A stretch of DNA of 64,000 nucleotides from Candidatus Multivoradales bacterium (GTDB lineage: Bacteria; Acidobacteriota; Thermoanaerobaculia; Multivoradales; Multivoraceae): the NCBI GenBank assembly GCA_965223325.1, contig CBDCWI010000001.1, forward strand, positions 1,152,001 to 1,216,000, in the 5' to 3' direction. Positions within the stretch are counted from its first letter, which is position 1. Each line of letters begins with the position of its first letter. The notes under the pieces are model-generated. The model did no database searches, was not told the DNA's origin, and saw only the letters and a list, made by a program, of their open reading frames with translations. This document shows, one piece after another, positions 1-8,799 of the stretch. The position numbers and the translations under genes are program-made.

Positions 1-1208
1 CGCGCCAACTACTCCTCGAGGTGGGCCCGAAGCTTCGCGGACAGTCACCGCTCACCTGCTGCCGCAGTGTGTCGATGGCCGATCTCCTGATCGAGCACGG
101 CGCCTCCCTCGACGACCTCGCACGCGCGTGGGCGGATGGTTTCGGCGCCCAGAACCTCGATCCGGCAGTGGGCCGGCACCTGGTGGCCCGCGGAGCCGAG
201 GTGTCGATCCATGCCGCCGTTTCCCTGGGTCTCGAAAACGAGGTCAAGGGTCTCGCTTCAGGCGATCCCAGGCTCATCACACAACCCGGAGGTGACGGCG
301 CCCATCCGCTGCACTTCTGCCGCGACCCTGACCTCGCCGCCTGGCTGGTCGAGCACGGCGCTTTGATCGATGCCCGCGATACCGACCACGGCTCGACCCC
401 GGTGCAATGGCGTATCGGAGACGCTCCTCCAATGGTCCGTCGCCTGGTCGAGCTGGGCGCAGAGACCGACATCTTCCTGGCCGCCGCCCTCGGCGACCTC
501 GCTCTCACCCGGGAGTGGATCGAAGTCGATTCGAAGGTCACCGCCTATCGCATCGGCGACGACACTGGACCCTTCCCTGGCATTGGCCATCAGGCCCGAG
601 GCGGCACGATCTATCAGTGGACCCTGGGGTTCAATCAGTCACCCCACCGTGTCGCCAGGGAACGCGGTCACGAGGTCGTGTTCGAGGCTCTCCTGGCCGC
701 CTCCGACGTGCGCACCCGGCTGCTCGTCGGCTGCGAGCTCGCCGAGCGTTCCATCGCCGAGCAAGCCGTCGCGCGGCATCCCGGGGTGATGGACGAACTG
801 AGCAACGAAGACCTGCAGCTACTCGCCAAGTTCTGCTGGGAGACCAACAAGAGCCTCGAAAGCGTCGCCTTGATGCTCGAGCTGGGCTTCCCGGTCGACG
901 TGCCCGAAGACAACCACGGCTTCATGGCTCTCCACAACGCCGCCTGGTGCGGCGACCCCGAACTGGTGGCTCTTCTCCTGGCCAACGGCCATCCAGTAGA
1001 CGCCCGGGACCCAACGCACAACAAAAGCGCCATCGGCTGGACCCTCTACAGCCTCTTCGAAGGTCGTCGCCATCCGGACGGGCGTTTCACCGAAGTCCTC
1101 GAACGACTGGTTGCCGCGGGTTGTCCGTGGGATGGCTCGGGCATCCCGGCCAACGCCGCCGAGCGAAACGACGTCGAAGCGGTGCTGGCACCCGCCCGCT
1201 CGGGCTGA
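1..1208 (+). CDS. Ankyrin-repeat protein (5' truncated by window edge)
   Basis: Frame of ORF 21..1208 is open back to the window start; ankyrin-like motifs GAHPLHFC...LVEHGALIDARD, GFMALHNAAWCGDPELVALLLANGHPVDARD. Confidence 0.85.
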   Translation, partial: RQLLLEVGPKLRGQSPLTCCRSVSMADLLIEHGASLDDLARAWADGFGAQNLDPAVGRHLVARGAEVSIHAAVSLGLENEVKGLASGDPRLITQPGGDGAHPLHFCRDPDLAAWLVEHGALIDARDTDHGSTPVQWRIGDAPPMVRRLVELGAETDIFLAAALGDLALTREWIEVDSKVTAYRIGDDTGPFPGIGHQARGGTIYQWTLGFNQSPHRVARERGHEVVFEALLAASDVRTRLLVGCELAERSIAEQAVARHPGVMDELSNEDLQLLAKFCWETNKSLESVALMLELGFPVDVPEDNHGFMALHNAAWCGDPELVALLLANGHPVDARDPTHNKSAIGWTLYSLFEGRRHPDGRFTEVLERLVAAGCPWDGSGIPANAAERNDVEAVLAPARSG

Positions 1209-1239
1209 AGGTAGCGGTGTCTGGCTTCTGATCGTCGCG

Positions 1240-2595
1240 CTACGAATCGGTTCCGAGAGGCGAGTCCTGGAGCAGCACCTGCAGGTCGGCAACGTTGGTT
1301 CCCGTTGGGCCGGTGACGACCAGGTCCGAAGCAGCAGCGAGTGCCGCACCCGACGCGTTCTGGGACAGCGCCTTCTCGGGATCGACACCCGCCGCCGCGA
1401 GGCGCGACAGGGTATGCGGGTCGACGAGCGCGCCGGCGGCTTCGGTGCGTCCATCGCGGCCGTCAGTGCCAGCTGAGAGAAAGACCCAAGCGGGCGGCGC
1501 CGCCAATTGGTCCCGGGCGCTGAGCGCGAAGGCGAGGGCCATCTCCTGACAGCGCCCCCCGACTCCGTCACCGAGCACGGTCACCGTCGTCTCACCGCCC
1601 AGCAAGAGAGCGCTCTTCCCCGCTCCTGCCGCACCGAGTTGTAGAGCAAGTGCATCACCCGCTTCACGCGCCTCACCCGCCAGGCGCTCTTGCCACGCCA
1701 CCGCTTCGTAGCCCATCTCACGAGCCTTCTCGGCCATCGCCCGAACACTGGTCTGATTGGTGAGGACCACCTCGGTGGTCACGCGCCGGAAGGTTGGATC
1801 CTCGGCTGTTGGCGTCTCGGGAACCAGGCCGGCGGCACCCCGCTCCAGATAGTCGCGAACCGCCGGGATTTTGCCCGTGATGCCGTAGCGCGCCAGCACC
1901 GCGAGAGCATCGGCGAAGGTGGTGGGATCGGCGGTAACCGGGCCCGACGCAATCACGGCCGGGTCGTCCTCGGGCACATCGGACACCAGGATCGCGACGA
2001 CTGCCGCCGGGTGAGCCCAGCGAGCGAGGCCGCCGCCCTTGACTCTCGACAGGTGCTTGCGCACGGTGTTGACCTCGTCGATCGCCGCGCCACTCTGGAG
2101 GAGAACATTCGTGATCGCCACCTTGTCGGCCAGCGACACCGTGGGCGCTGACAAGAGCGCCGACCCACCACCCGAAATCAGCACGACAACCGTGTCGCCC
2201 TCCCGGGTCTCGGCGAGCATGTCCTCCATACGCGCTGCAGCCCGAAGGCTCCCGAGGTTGGGCGCCGGGTGCCCGCCGACGAAGACCTCGACCGCCGCTG
2301 CCGCTCCTTCGGCGTGCTCGAGATCGACAACCGCCACCACTCCCGCCGGCACCAGATCGTGCAGGCGAAGCGCCGCTAAGGCAGCGCGGGTCATCGCCAG
2401 CGCGGCCTTGCCCAGTGCCAGGACCCAGACGCGCGACGACGGTGAGCTCTCGACCTGTGCCAGGTGCGGCGAGCGCGCAAGCGCCCTACGGACCGCCGGA
2501 CCTGGTTCGGCTGCGGTGAGACCGGCGCGGTAGATCTGCAGGGCATCGCCGCGCAGTCGGGCCACGCGCAACGAATCGACTTCTCGCCTCGCCAT
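1240..2595 (-). CDS. Glycerate kinase, MOFRL/DUF4147 (TtuD/GckA-type)
   Basis: LGKAA, GGHPAP, LISGGGSAL, VRKHLSRVKGGGLA, GGETTV, GTDGRDG, TGPTGTNVADL motifs. Confidence 0.9.
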   Translation of the reverse strand: MARREVDSLRVARLRGDALQIYRAGLTAAEPGPAVRRALARSPHLAQVESSPSSRVWVLALGKAALAMTRAALAALRLHDLVPAGVVAVVDLEHAEGAAAAVEVFVGGHPAPNLGSLRAAARMEDMLAETREGDTVVVLISGGGSALLSAPTVSLADKVAITNVLLQSGAAIDEVNTVRKHLSRVKGGGLARWAHPAAVVAILVSDVPEDDPAVIASGPVTADPTTFADALAVLARYGITGKIPAVRDYLERGAAGLVPETPTAEDPTFRRVTTEVVLTNQTSVRAMAEKAREMGYEAVAWQERLAGEAREAGDALALQLGAAGAGKSALLLGGETTVTVLGDGVGGRCQEMALAFALSARDQLAAPPAWVFLSAGTDGRDGRTEAAGALVDPHTLSRLAAAGVDPEKALSQNASGAALAAASDLVVTGPTGTNVADLQVLLQDSPLGTDS

Positions 2596-2596
2596 C

Positions 2597-3676
2597 TCAG
2601 CGTTCGGGGGTAAGAAGAGACGCTTCTTCGCGGGGTCGCCAACTGGCCCTGATGGTCTCCTCCATTCCCGAGTAGGCGAGTGGGAAGTCTGAGCCGCCGG
2701 GCCGCGCGCCGACGAACCACTTCCACAGGAAGGCGCCCACTACCCGCGGCTCGGCGGCGACCGCCTCGAGCGCCGCCCGCATGCACCTCTGTTGCAGCGG
2801 CCGCGCTCTGATGCCGTCGATGCGCGCATTCCAGGGCTCGCGTGCCGCGTCGTGTGTCAAACCGTAGCCGAGTTCGGTGAACACCAAGTCGCGGTTGGCC
2901 TTCTCAGCGAACTCCCGGAGTTCGGCCATCTGCCGGCGCCAACCGCGCGCGAGACTTTCGGCGGTTGGTTGGTCTTCGTTGGCGAGTGGAAAGTAGGCCT
3001 GGATGCCTACCAGGTCGAGCGCGTCCCAGAACGGCACGCGCCGGTAGTCGGTCCAGTTGGCAGCGTAGGTAAGGGGCGCATCGGTGCGCAGTCGGATCTC
3101 GGCAACCAGCTCTCGCCACTCGGTCTCTCGTTGCAGCGTACGGTCGAGCTCGGTCCCCACGACGATCGCGTCAGCATCGGCGGTTGCGGAAACGACCATC
3201 AGCATGAAGCGACGGTAGTCGCCAAAGAACGTCTTCCAGGCGGCCTCCGTATCGAAGTCGATCTCGCCGCGCCAGCTGAAGGGAGAACCCCAGTAGGCGA
3301 GGTGTGGCTTCACCATGACCTTGATGCCATGCAAGCGCGCCTCTTCGATCGGGCGGCGTAGCCAGGCGGGCGGCTTGGCGCTGTTGAGCTCGGGGAACAC
3401 CACCCGACCGTCGCCATGAATACGAGCGTAGGGATGGACCGCGACCCAATTGACCCCGAGGGCCTTCAAACGTTCGTAGGTCGGCGCCAGGTCGTAGAGC
3501 CCCCACTCTTCGTTGCCACGACGCGTCGAAAGGGTCACACCCCGCACGTCAGCGAGGCGTATCAACCCATCGTCTCCGCTCCGCGGCGACGAGGTCTGAG
3601 TGGCGGCGCTACCGCATGGCCCGGCAACGGTAAGGACCGCGAACAGAAAGAGCGCCAGTGAGCGGATGGGACTCAT
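2597..3676 (-). CDS. Secreted TIM-barrel glycoside hydrolase, GH113-like
   Basis: Start re-assigned to MSPIRSLALFLF (signal peptide); LGVNWVA, VMVKPHL, VGTEL, LTYAANW, IQAYFPL, VFTELGY, GAFLWKW; stop lies 1 nt before the glycerate kinase ATG. Confidence 0.75.
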   Translation of the reverse strand: MSPIRSLALFLFAVLTVAGPCGSAATQTSSPRSGDDGLIRLADVRGVTLSTRRGNEEWGLYDLAPTYERLKALGVNWVAVHPYARIHGDGRVVFPELNSAKPPAWLRRPIEEARLHGIKVMVKPHLAYWGSPFSWRGEIDFDTEAAWKTFFGDYRRFMLMVVSATADADAIVVGTELDRTLQRETEWRELVAEIRLRTDAPLTYAANWTDYRRVPFWDALDLVGIQAYFPLANEDQPTAESLARGWRRQMAELREFAEKANRDLVFTELGYGLTHDAAREPWNARIDGIRARPLQQRCMRAALEAVAAEPRVVGAFLWKWFVGARPGGSDFPLAYSGMEETIRASWRPREEASLLTPER

Positions 3677-3810
3677 CGACCGAGGATAGCGCCTGGGTTG
3701 TGCGCTCCCAGGCGTGGAGCCGCCGGGCATACCAGGCGGCCCGAGGTGTGGAGGCAGCCGGCGTCGAGCCGATAGCCTTCGGATTCGGACCTCGCGCCGG
3801 TCTCGGGGAG

Positions 3811-3975
3811 CCCGGCAGTGCGAGAGGACTCGCGATGCAGGACACCAACCTCGGCAGCGGGTTCCGAAAGGCCCGGCAGTGCCAGGGAACTCACGATGCA
3901 GGACACCAACCTCGGCAGCGGGTTCCGGAAGGCCCGGCAGTGCCAGGGAACTCACGATGCAGGACACCAACCTCG
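3811..3975. repeat. 61-bp tandem repeat, about 2.7 copies
   Basis: ATGCAGGACACCAACCTCG recurs at 3835, 3896, 3957; CCCGGCAGTGC at 3811, 3872, 3933. Confidence 0.95.
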
Positions 3976-5321
3976 CTAGAACCACCAGGCGCCACAGCTC
4001 GGCGGTCTCGAGCCTGGCCGACACCATCGCACGCATCGAGACCGAAGCCCCTCGAAGAGAAGTCGCCGAAGCCGTCCGGCGCGGCTACTTCCGGCCCCTC
4101 GAAGAAGAGGCACTCATCACCTGGTTCAGCCGGCTGTTGACCGTGCGCGATGCGTTGTGGGAGGTCATGGCTGAAGGCGCAGAGCACCTGGGCGGCCTCA
4201 ACAGTGATCGCCTCAGCGAACGATTCGAGAGTCCGGCCGAACGTCGACTCTTCCTGGTCAGCTATATCGCGGCCTGTCTGATCGTACGTCTCGATCGATT
4301 GCTCGTCGAAGACCTGGCCACCCACTCCACAGCGCAGCGCAAGCTCAACGAAGGTTCGCGTGAACGTCGTATTCCCCGCAAGCAGTACACCGCCATCTTC
4401 GAGAGCCTTTCGCAACCGCGCAACGCGCTGTTGATGCGGAGCGCCATGATGGTCACCGACCGCCAACGGGAGTGGCTGGAGGGGCTCGCCGACGATCCCG
4501 AGTTGGGCGCGCTCGCCCGGAGACTCGCGTGGTTCGAAGAGCCGCTCGACCCGAGCAAGACACGCTACTTGAACCTCTTGCTCGATTTCACCGAACACGC
4601 AGTGCGACGGTGGGCCGCGTCGACGACCCAGAAAGCCTCGCTGTCCGTCCTCGAGTCGTCGGGACGCATGGTGGCGGAACTCCGCGATCACTGGGGCAAG
4701 AAGCGCGTTACCGCGGCGGTTCGCGACCGCCTCAGGAGCCTGCTCCAGCCAGGCGACGTGATGGTCACTCGACATGACGTCGCGATGAGCAATCTCTTCC
4801 TGCCCGGGTACTGGCCACACGTTGCGCTCTACGTTGGAGACCACGAGCAACGCGATCAACTGGGCGTGTGCGTGCCCGAGGACATCGGCCGCCACTGGCG
4901 CGCCAACTGCTCCGTGCTGGAGGCGCTCAAGGACGGCGTGCACTTCCGTCCGCTCGAAGAGACTCTCGAGGTCGACGCCGTCGCCGTTCTCCGCCCAGCC
5001 CTCGACCGCCACCAGATCGCCCGCGCCATCGAACGGGTCGCACCGCATCGCGGCAAGCTGTACAACTTCGACTTCGACTTCTTTCGCAGCGACCGCCTCG
5101 TTTGTACCGAGGTCGTCTACCGCGCCTTCGACGGCCCCATGACCATCCCGCTCCATGACCGCGCCGGTCGTCCTACCCTTTCCGCCGAGGACCTTCTCGA
5201 CCTCGCCTTAGATGACGATCTCTTCGAGGTCATCGCCGTCTACGGCGCAACGGGCTGTGAAGCGTCGTTACTCGAAGGCCGACCGGCCTATGACACTCTT
5301 GCCGGAACCTACCGACCTTGA
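3957..5321 (+). CDS. Permuted papain-like NlpC/P60 (YiiX/YebB-like) amidase with N-terminal helical extension
   Basis: LLQPGDVMVTR, PGYWPHVALYVG (His), YNFDFDF...LVCTEVV (Cys after His = permuted order); start taken as the in-frame ATG of the last repeat copy. Confidence 0.75.
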   Translation: MQDTNLARTTRRHSSAVSSLADTIARIETEAPRREVAEAVRRGYFRPLEEEALITWFSRLLTVRDALWEVMAEGAEHLGGLNSDRLSERFESPAERRLFLVSYIAACLIVRLDRLLVEDLATHSTAQRKLNEGSRERRIPRKQYTAIFESLSQPRNALLMRSAMMVTDRQREWLEGLADDPELGALARRLAWFEEPLDPSKTRYLNLLLDFTEHAVRRWAASTTQKASLSVLESSGRMVAELRDHWGKKRVTAAVRDRLRSLLQPGDVMVTRHDVAMSNLFLPGYWPHVALYVGDHEQRDQLGVCVPEDIGRHWRANCSVLEALKDGVHFRPLEETLEVDAVAVLRPALDRHQIARAIERVAPHRGKLYNFDFDFFRSDRLVCTEVVYRAFDGPMTIPLHDRAGRPTLSAEDLLDLALDDDLFEVIAVYGATGCEASLLEGRPAYDTLAGTYRP

Positions 5322-5350
5322 CCTGCCTCTCATTCGCAGGAGATCCATCG

Positions 5351-6109
5351 ATGACACACCTGGCAAAGACTCTCGCTCTCACCGTTGGCATCGCCCTGTT
5401 GTTGGGAACCTTCCTCGCAACGCCGAGCGCCGCGCAGATTCCAGACGAGTTCACCAATCTGCAGCAGCTCCCCAGAACGCTCGAGAAGCCCGCCCTCGTC
5501 AACATCATGCGCACCTGGACCAGCGCCCTTGGCGTGCGCTGCAACCACTGCCACGTTGGCCCCGACAACCTGGTCGGCGCTGACTTTGCGAGCGACGAGA
5601 AAGCCACCAAGAAGGCGGCCCGACAGATGCTCGTCATGACCCGCAGCATCAACCAGCAACACCTTGCCAACCTGCCCACCGCCGCCGAAGGCGACCAACG
5701 CCAGGTCGCGTCGTGCTACACGTGCCACCGCGGACAGCCCAAGCCACCCGTCAACATCAGGGTCGAAGTGACGAAGATCGCCGCACAGGAGAACGTCGAC
5801 ACCGCACTCGACCACTTCCGCAGCCGCCGCGCCGAGCACTACGGCACCGGCCGCTACGACTTCAGCCCCAGCTCAGTCTTCCGCCTCGCCCAACGACTCC
5901 TCGAAACCGGGCAAACCGCCGAAGCCAAGAAGACCCTCGAGATGGGCCTCGAGTTCGACCCCCGGTCCGCCGACCTCCACGCCGCCCTCGGTGCCGCCAA
6001 CATACAAGCCGGCGACCCCGCCGCCGGCCGCGCATCCCTGGGCCGAGCCCTCGAAATCGACCCAGAGAACGACCTCGCCCTCGCCCTACTCGACCGCATC
6101 AGCAAGTAG
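5351..6109 (+). CDS. Exported diheme c-type cytochrome (reaction-centre cytochrome c-like fold) fused to TPR repeats
   Basis: AGGAG RBS, signal peptide ending AxA-Q, MRTWTSALGVRCNHCH and ARQM...SCYTCHRG, C-terminal TPR-like GLEFDPRSADLHAALG / ALEIDPEN. Confidence 0.8.
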   Translation: MTHLAKTLALTVGIALLLGTFLATPSAAQIPDEFTNLQQLPRTLEKPALVNIMRTWTSALGVRCNHCHVGPDNLVGADFASDEKATKKAARQMLVMTRSINQQHLANLPTAAEGDQRQVASCYTCHRGQPKPPVNIRVEVTKIAAQENVDTALDHFRSRRAEHYGTGRYDFSPSSVFRLAQRLLETGQTAEAKKTLEMGLEFDPRSADLHAALGAANIQAGDPAAGRASLGRALEIDPENDLALALLDRISK

Positions 6110-6115
6110 AGCCCC

Positions 6116-6143
6116 GGACCCGGGTGGGGACCCGGGTGGGGGG
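6116..6143. repeat. Perfect 12-bp tandem GGACCCGGGTGG x2, forming a four-G-run tract
   Basis: Read directly at 6116-6127 and 6128-6139. Confidence 0.8.
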
Positions 6144-6188
6144 CGTCCGACCGGTCGGTCGAATGTTGCCGATCTGGGACGAAACTCC

Positions 6189-6212
6189 GAACAATGAGAC
6201 CTCTCGGACGTC
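6189..6212 (+). promoter_or_regulatory. Possible ECF sigma promoter (GAAC-N16-CGTC)
   Basis: GAAC 6189-6192, 16-nt spacer, CGTC 6209-6212, ~60 nt upstream of ATG 6271. Confidence 0.3.
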
Positions 6213-6270
6213 TCAGTATCTGACCGGGAAGAAACGAGTCGTCCACTGCACCGAGAGAGAAACACAGCCC

Positions 6271-7293
6271 ATGACACGAAAGACGAGACGCCTCCCCATC
6301 AGCAAGCCCCGCACCCTGACCCTGGCCCTCACCGTCTTCGCTCTCGTCGTCTTCCCCGTCCAGGCCGCCGATGCTGCCCACCCCGTTGGCGCTTCGCCCG
6401 GCCCTCTCACCATCGCGGGCCCGACGGAAGAAGCGCCGCTGGACCTCGGGTCCAGCTCTCAGACCGGAACCCGCTGGCTCGGCGCCGACCGTGCGCCGCT
6501 CCCGTTCACGTCGCACGATGAAGTCCTCGAGTTCCTGCACATCGCTCGCGTGGTCTCTAGCGAAACCCTCTCGACTGGCATCAACCGGCCCGAGAAGCTC
6601 CTTCTCGAACGCAATGGAGTGCAGGCACACGCCATCTTTCGCACCGTCGACCGTGACCTCACCCCGCGCAGCCAGAGCCCCCACTCCCTCCACCGACTGC
6701 GCGATCACTGGGGTCACGAAATCGCCGCATACCGGCTCAGTCGCCTGCTCGGTCTCGACCGCATCCCGCCAGTCGTCGCAAGACGCATCGACGGGAAGCG
6801 TGGATCGCTCCAACTGTGGCTCGAAAACTCAGTCACCGAAGCCGAACTGCTCACCAGCGAGCGCCGCAACGTGCGCGCCTCCGAACGGCAGTTCCAGCGT
6901 CAGGTCATGAAGCTCTTCGATCAGCTCATCTGGAACTACGATCGCCACCAGGCCAACGCGCTCTACGACACCTACGGTCACCTCTGGTACATCGACCACA
7001 CCCGCTCCTTCAAGCGCCTCAACCGTGCCGAGAACGTCAAGAAGATCGCGGTCGCCGATCGGCAACTCTTCGACCGACTACGCAACCTCGACTCCGACGA
7101 GCTCGACGAAGCGCTGGCTGGCTTTCTGGACAAACAGCAGCGCCTGGCAATCGAACGGCGACGGCGCGAGATTCTCGAACACCTGGACACTTTGATCGAA
7201 GAACGTGGCGAGTCGGCTGTCCTCTTCGACCTCGAAGGGCGACTGCAGGCGACCCGTCATCGCGTCGATAGTGCGCAGCCCCTGCAAGGCTGA
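6271..7293 (+). CDS. Exported atypical kinase-fold protein (PI4K/HipA/Fam20-like motifs)
   Basis: Signal-peptide-like N-terminus (LALTVFALVVFPVQA); EIAAYRLSRLLGL, GSLQLW, FDQLIWNYDRHQAN, LWYIDHTRSF. Confidence 0.7.
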   Translation: MTRKTRRLPISKPRTLTLALTVFALVVFPVQAADAAHPVGASPGPLTIAGPTEEAPLDLGSSSQTGTRWLGADRAPLPFTSHDEVLEFLHIARVVSSETLSTGINRPEKLLLERNGVQAHAIFRTVDRDLTPRSQSPHSLHRLRDHWGHEIAAYRLSRLLGLDRIPPVVARRIDGKRGSLQLWLENSVTEAELLTSERRNVRASERQFQRQVMKLFDQLIWNYDRHQANALYDTYGHLWYIDHTRSFKRLNRAENVKKIAVADRQLFDRLRNLDSDELDEALAGFLDKQQRLAIERRRREILEHLDTLIEERGESAVLFDLEGRLQATRHRVDSAQPLQG

Positions 7294-7438
7294 AAACGAA
7301 CGTCGGAGGATGAAGCCTCCCGCCACCGAGCGCACCCGAGAAAACTCGGCGGCACCATGGAACCATGACAACGCATCCTCGTTGAATAGGCAGGCGCTAG
7401 ACCGCGCCGCTCATGCCCCGAGGGAGATTCGACTGATC

Positions 7439-8713
7439 ATGGTGCCGTTCACCTCAACGCCTCGCCCATCGCACGACCGCAACTGCGGCGCTGTGCTGGC
7501 TATCTGTTTGCTCTTCGCGTCACTTCCAGCTGGCGGCCAGCAAGCCGAGCGCCGGCTCGCCGCCCCGCCGAGCAGCGAAACCGTCGAAGTCACGACGCCC
7601 GAGGCCACACCTGAGGTGCCCTTCGAGCTGGTCAACAATCACTATGTCATCGAAGCGAGCGTGAACGGCTCCGAGCCCTTGCGCCTGGTGCTCGACACCG
7701 GAATGCCCGGGAAAGGAGCGCTCCTCTATGAAAACGACGCCACCGACGAGGTCGATCTAGAGTTCGACCCGGCCTTTCAGGCGCGGGTGGGAGGAGCCGG
7801 CGGCACCGGCGGGACGATGGTCGCTCAGGTAGCAAACGACGCGACGCTCGACTTCGCAGGAGTCCGCTTCCAGCACAGCCGCGTGATGGTGATTCCGGTT
7901 CCCGCGGGCTTCCCCACCCTCGACGACGGGATCGTCGGCTACTCGTTCTTCGCCAACTTCGCGGTCGAGATCGACCACCAAGAGAACGTTCTGCGGCTTC
8001 ACGACCCGGCGACCTACGATCCGCCGACCGGTGCCGCTGTGCTGCCTCTCACGTTCAGGGGCAACCTGCCGTACACCACCATCGGCGTTTCGACTTCAGG
8101 CGGACCGGTCGTACCGGCGGAGGTGGTGGTCGATCTTGGAGCCGGCCACGCGATCTCTCTCAACGACGAGCGGGCCGAAATCACGGTGCCCTCGGAGTCT
8201 CTACCCACCGTTCTCGGGCGCGGCATCTCCGGCCCGATCGACGGTGTCGTTGCCAGGATCGCGAAGATGAAGCTCGGCCCGATCGAGCTGACCGACGTGG
8301 TGACTTCTTTTCCCGTCAAGGAACACCAGAACCCTCGGGGCATCGACTCGCTTGCCGGCAACCTCGGATCCGAGACCCTACGGCGCTTCGATACGACGTT
8401 CGACTATGCCGGCAAGAGAATGGTCCTGGTTGCCACCCAACGATCCAGCGAACCGTTCAGATTCGATCGCTCAGGCCTCGGGTTTCTCTGGGCCGAAACG
8501 ACGACCGTGGCGTCGATCATCGGGGGTTCCCCTGGCGCCCAGGCAGGCATCGAGATCGGGGATGTCCTCTTGACGGTGAATGGGAAACCCGCCGCCAGCC
8601 TCGGGGTCGATGGGGTCCGGGCGGTGCTCTGGCAAGAGGGCGAAGTGACCCTGGCATTTGAACGCAACGGAAAGCTGTTCGAGCGCGTCCTCACCTTGCG
8701 GCGCCTCATCTAG
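7439..8713 (+). CDS. Secreted double aspartyl-protease (retropepsin-like) domain protein with C-terminal PDZ
   Basis: LVLDTG...DGIVGYSFF; second lobe VVVDLGA...AGNLGSETL; PDZ GSPGAQAGIEIGDVLLTVNG; start uncertain. Confidence 0.8.
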   Translation: MVPFTSTPRPSHDRNCGAVLAICLLFASLPAGGQQAERRLAAPPSSETVEVTTPEATPEVPFELVNNHYVIEASVNGSEPLRLVLDTGMPGKGALLYENDATDEVDLEFDPAFQARVGGAGGTGGTMVAQVANDATLDFAGVRFQHSRVMVIPVPAGFPTLDDGIVGYSFFANFAVEIDHQENVLRLHDPATYDPPTGAAVLPLTFRGNLPYTTIGVSTSGGPVVPAEVVVDLGAGHAISLNDERAEITVPSESLPTVLGRGISGPIDGVVARIAKMKLGPIELTDVVTSFPVKEHQNPRGIDSLAGNLGSETLRRFDTTFDYAGKRMVLVATQRSSEPFRFDRSGLGFLWAETTTVASIIGGSPGAQAGIEIGDVLLTVNGKPAASLGVDGVRAVLWQEGEVTLAFERNGKLFERVLTLRRLI

Positions 8714-8799
8714 CGGGCCCCGCTCGATTCCCCCGGCATAAGCAGCAGGCGGCACGCCTCACCTGACGCCGCCGCCAATCCACCGCCACGGTCTACTTC

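Noticed and set aside
3811-3975. CRISPR array interpretation of the 61-bp repeat
   Set aside because: Units are contiguous and near-identical with no unique spacers; no cas genes in the window.
2597-4036. Long N-terminal extensions of ORFs 2597..4036 and 3714..5321
   Set aside because: They read through the repeat and overlap each other; better starts exist at 3676 and 3957.
5351-6109. Evidence of phototrophy
   Set aside because: Only two hemes, TPR fusion, and no reaction-centre or bacteriochlorophyll genes nearby.
8714-8799. Terminator between convergent genes
   Set aside because: Only a short GGCGGC/GCCGCC stem with a long loop and no T-tract; not supportable.
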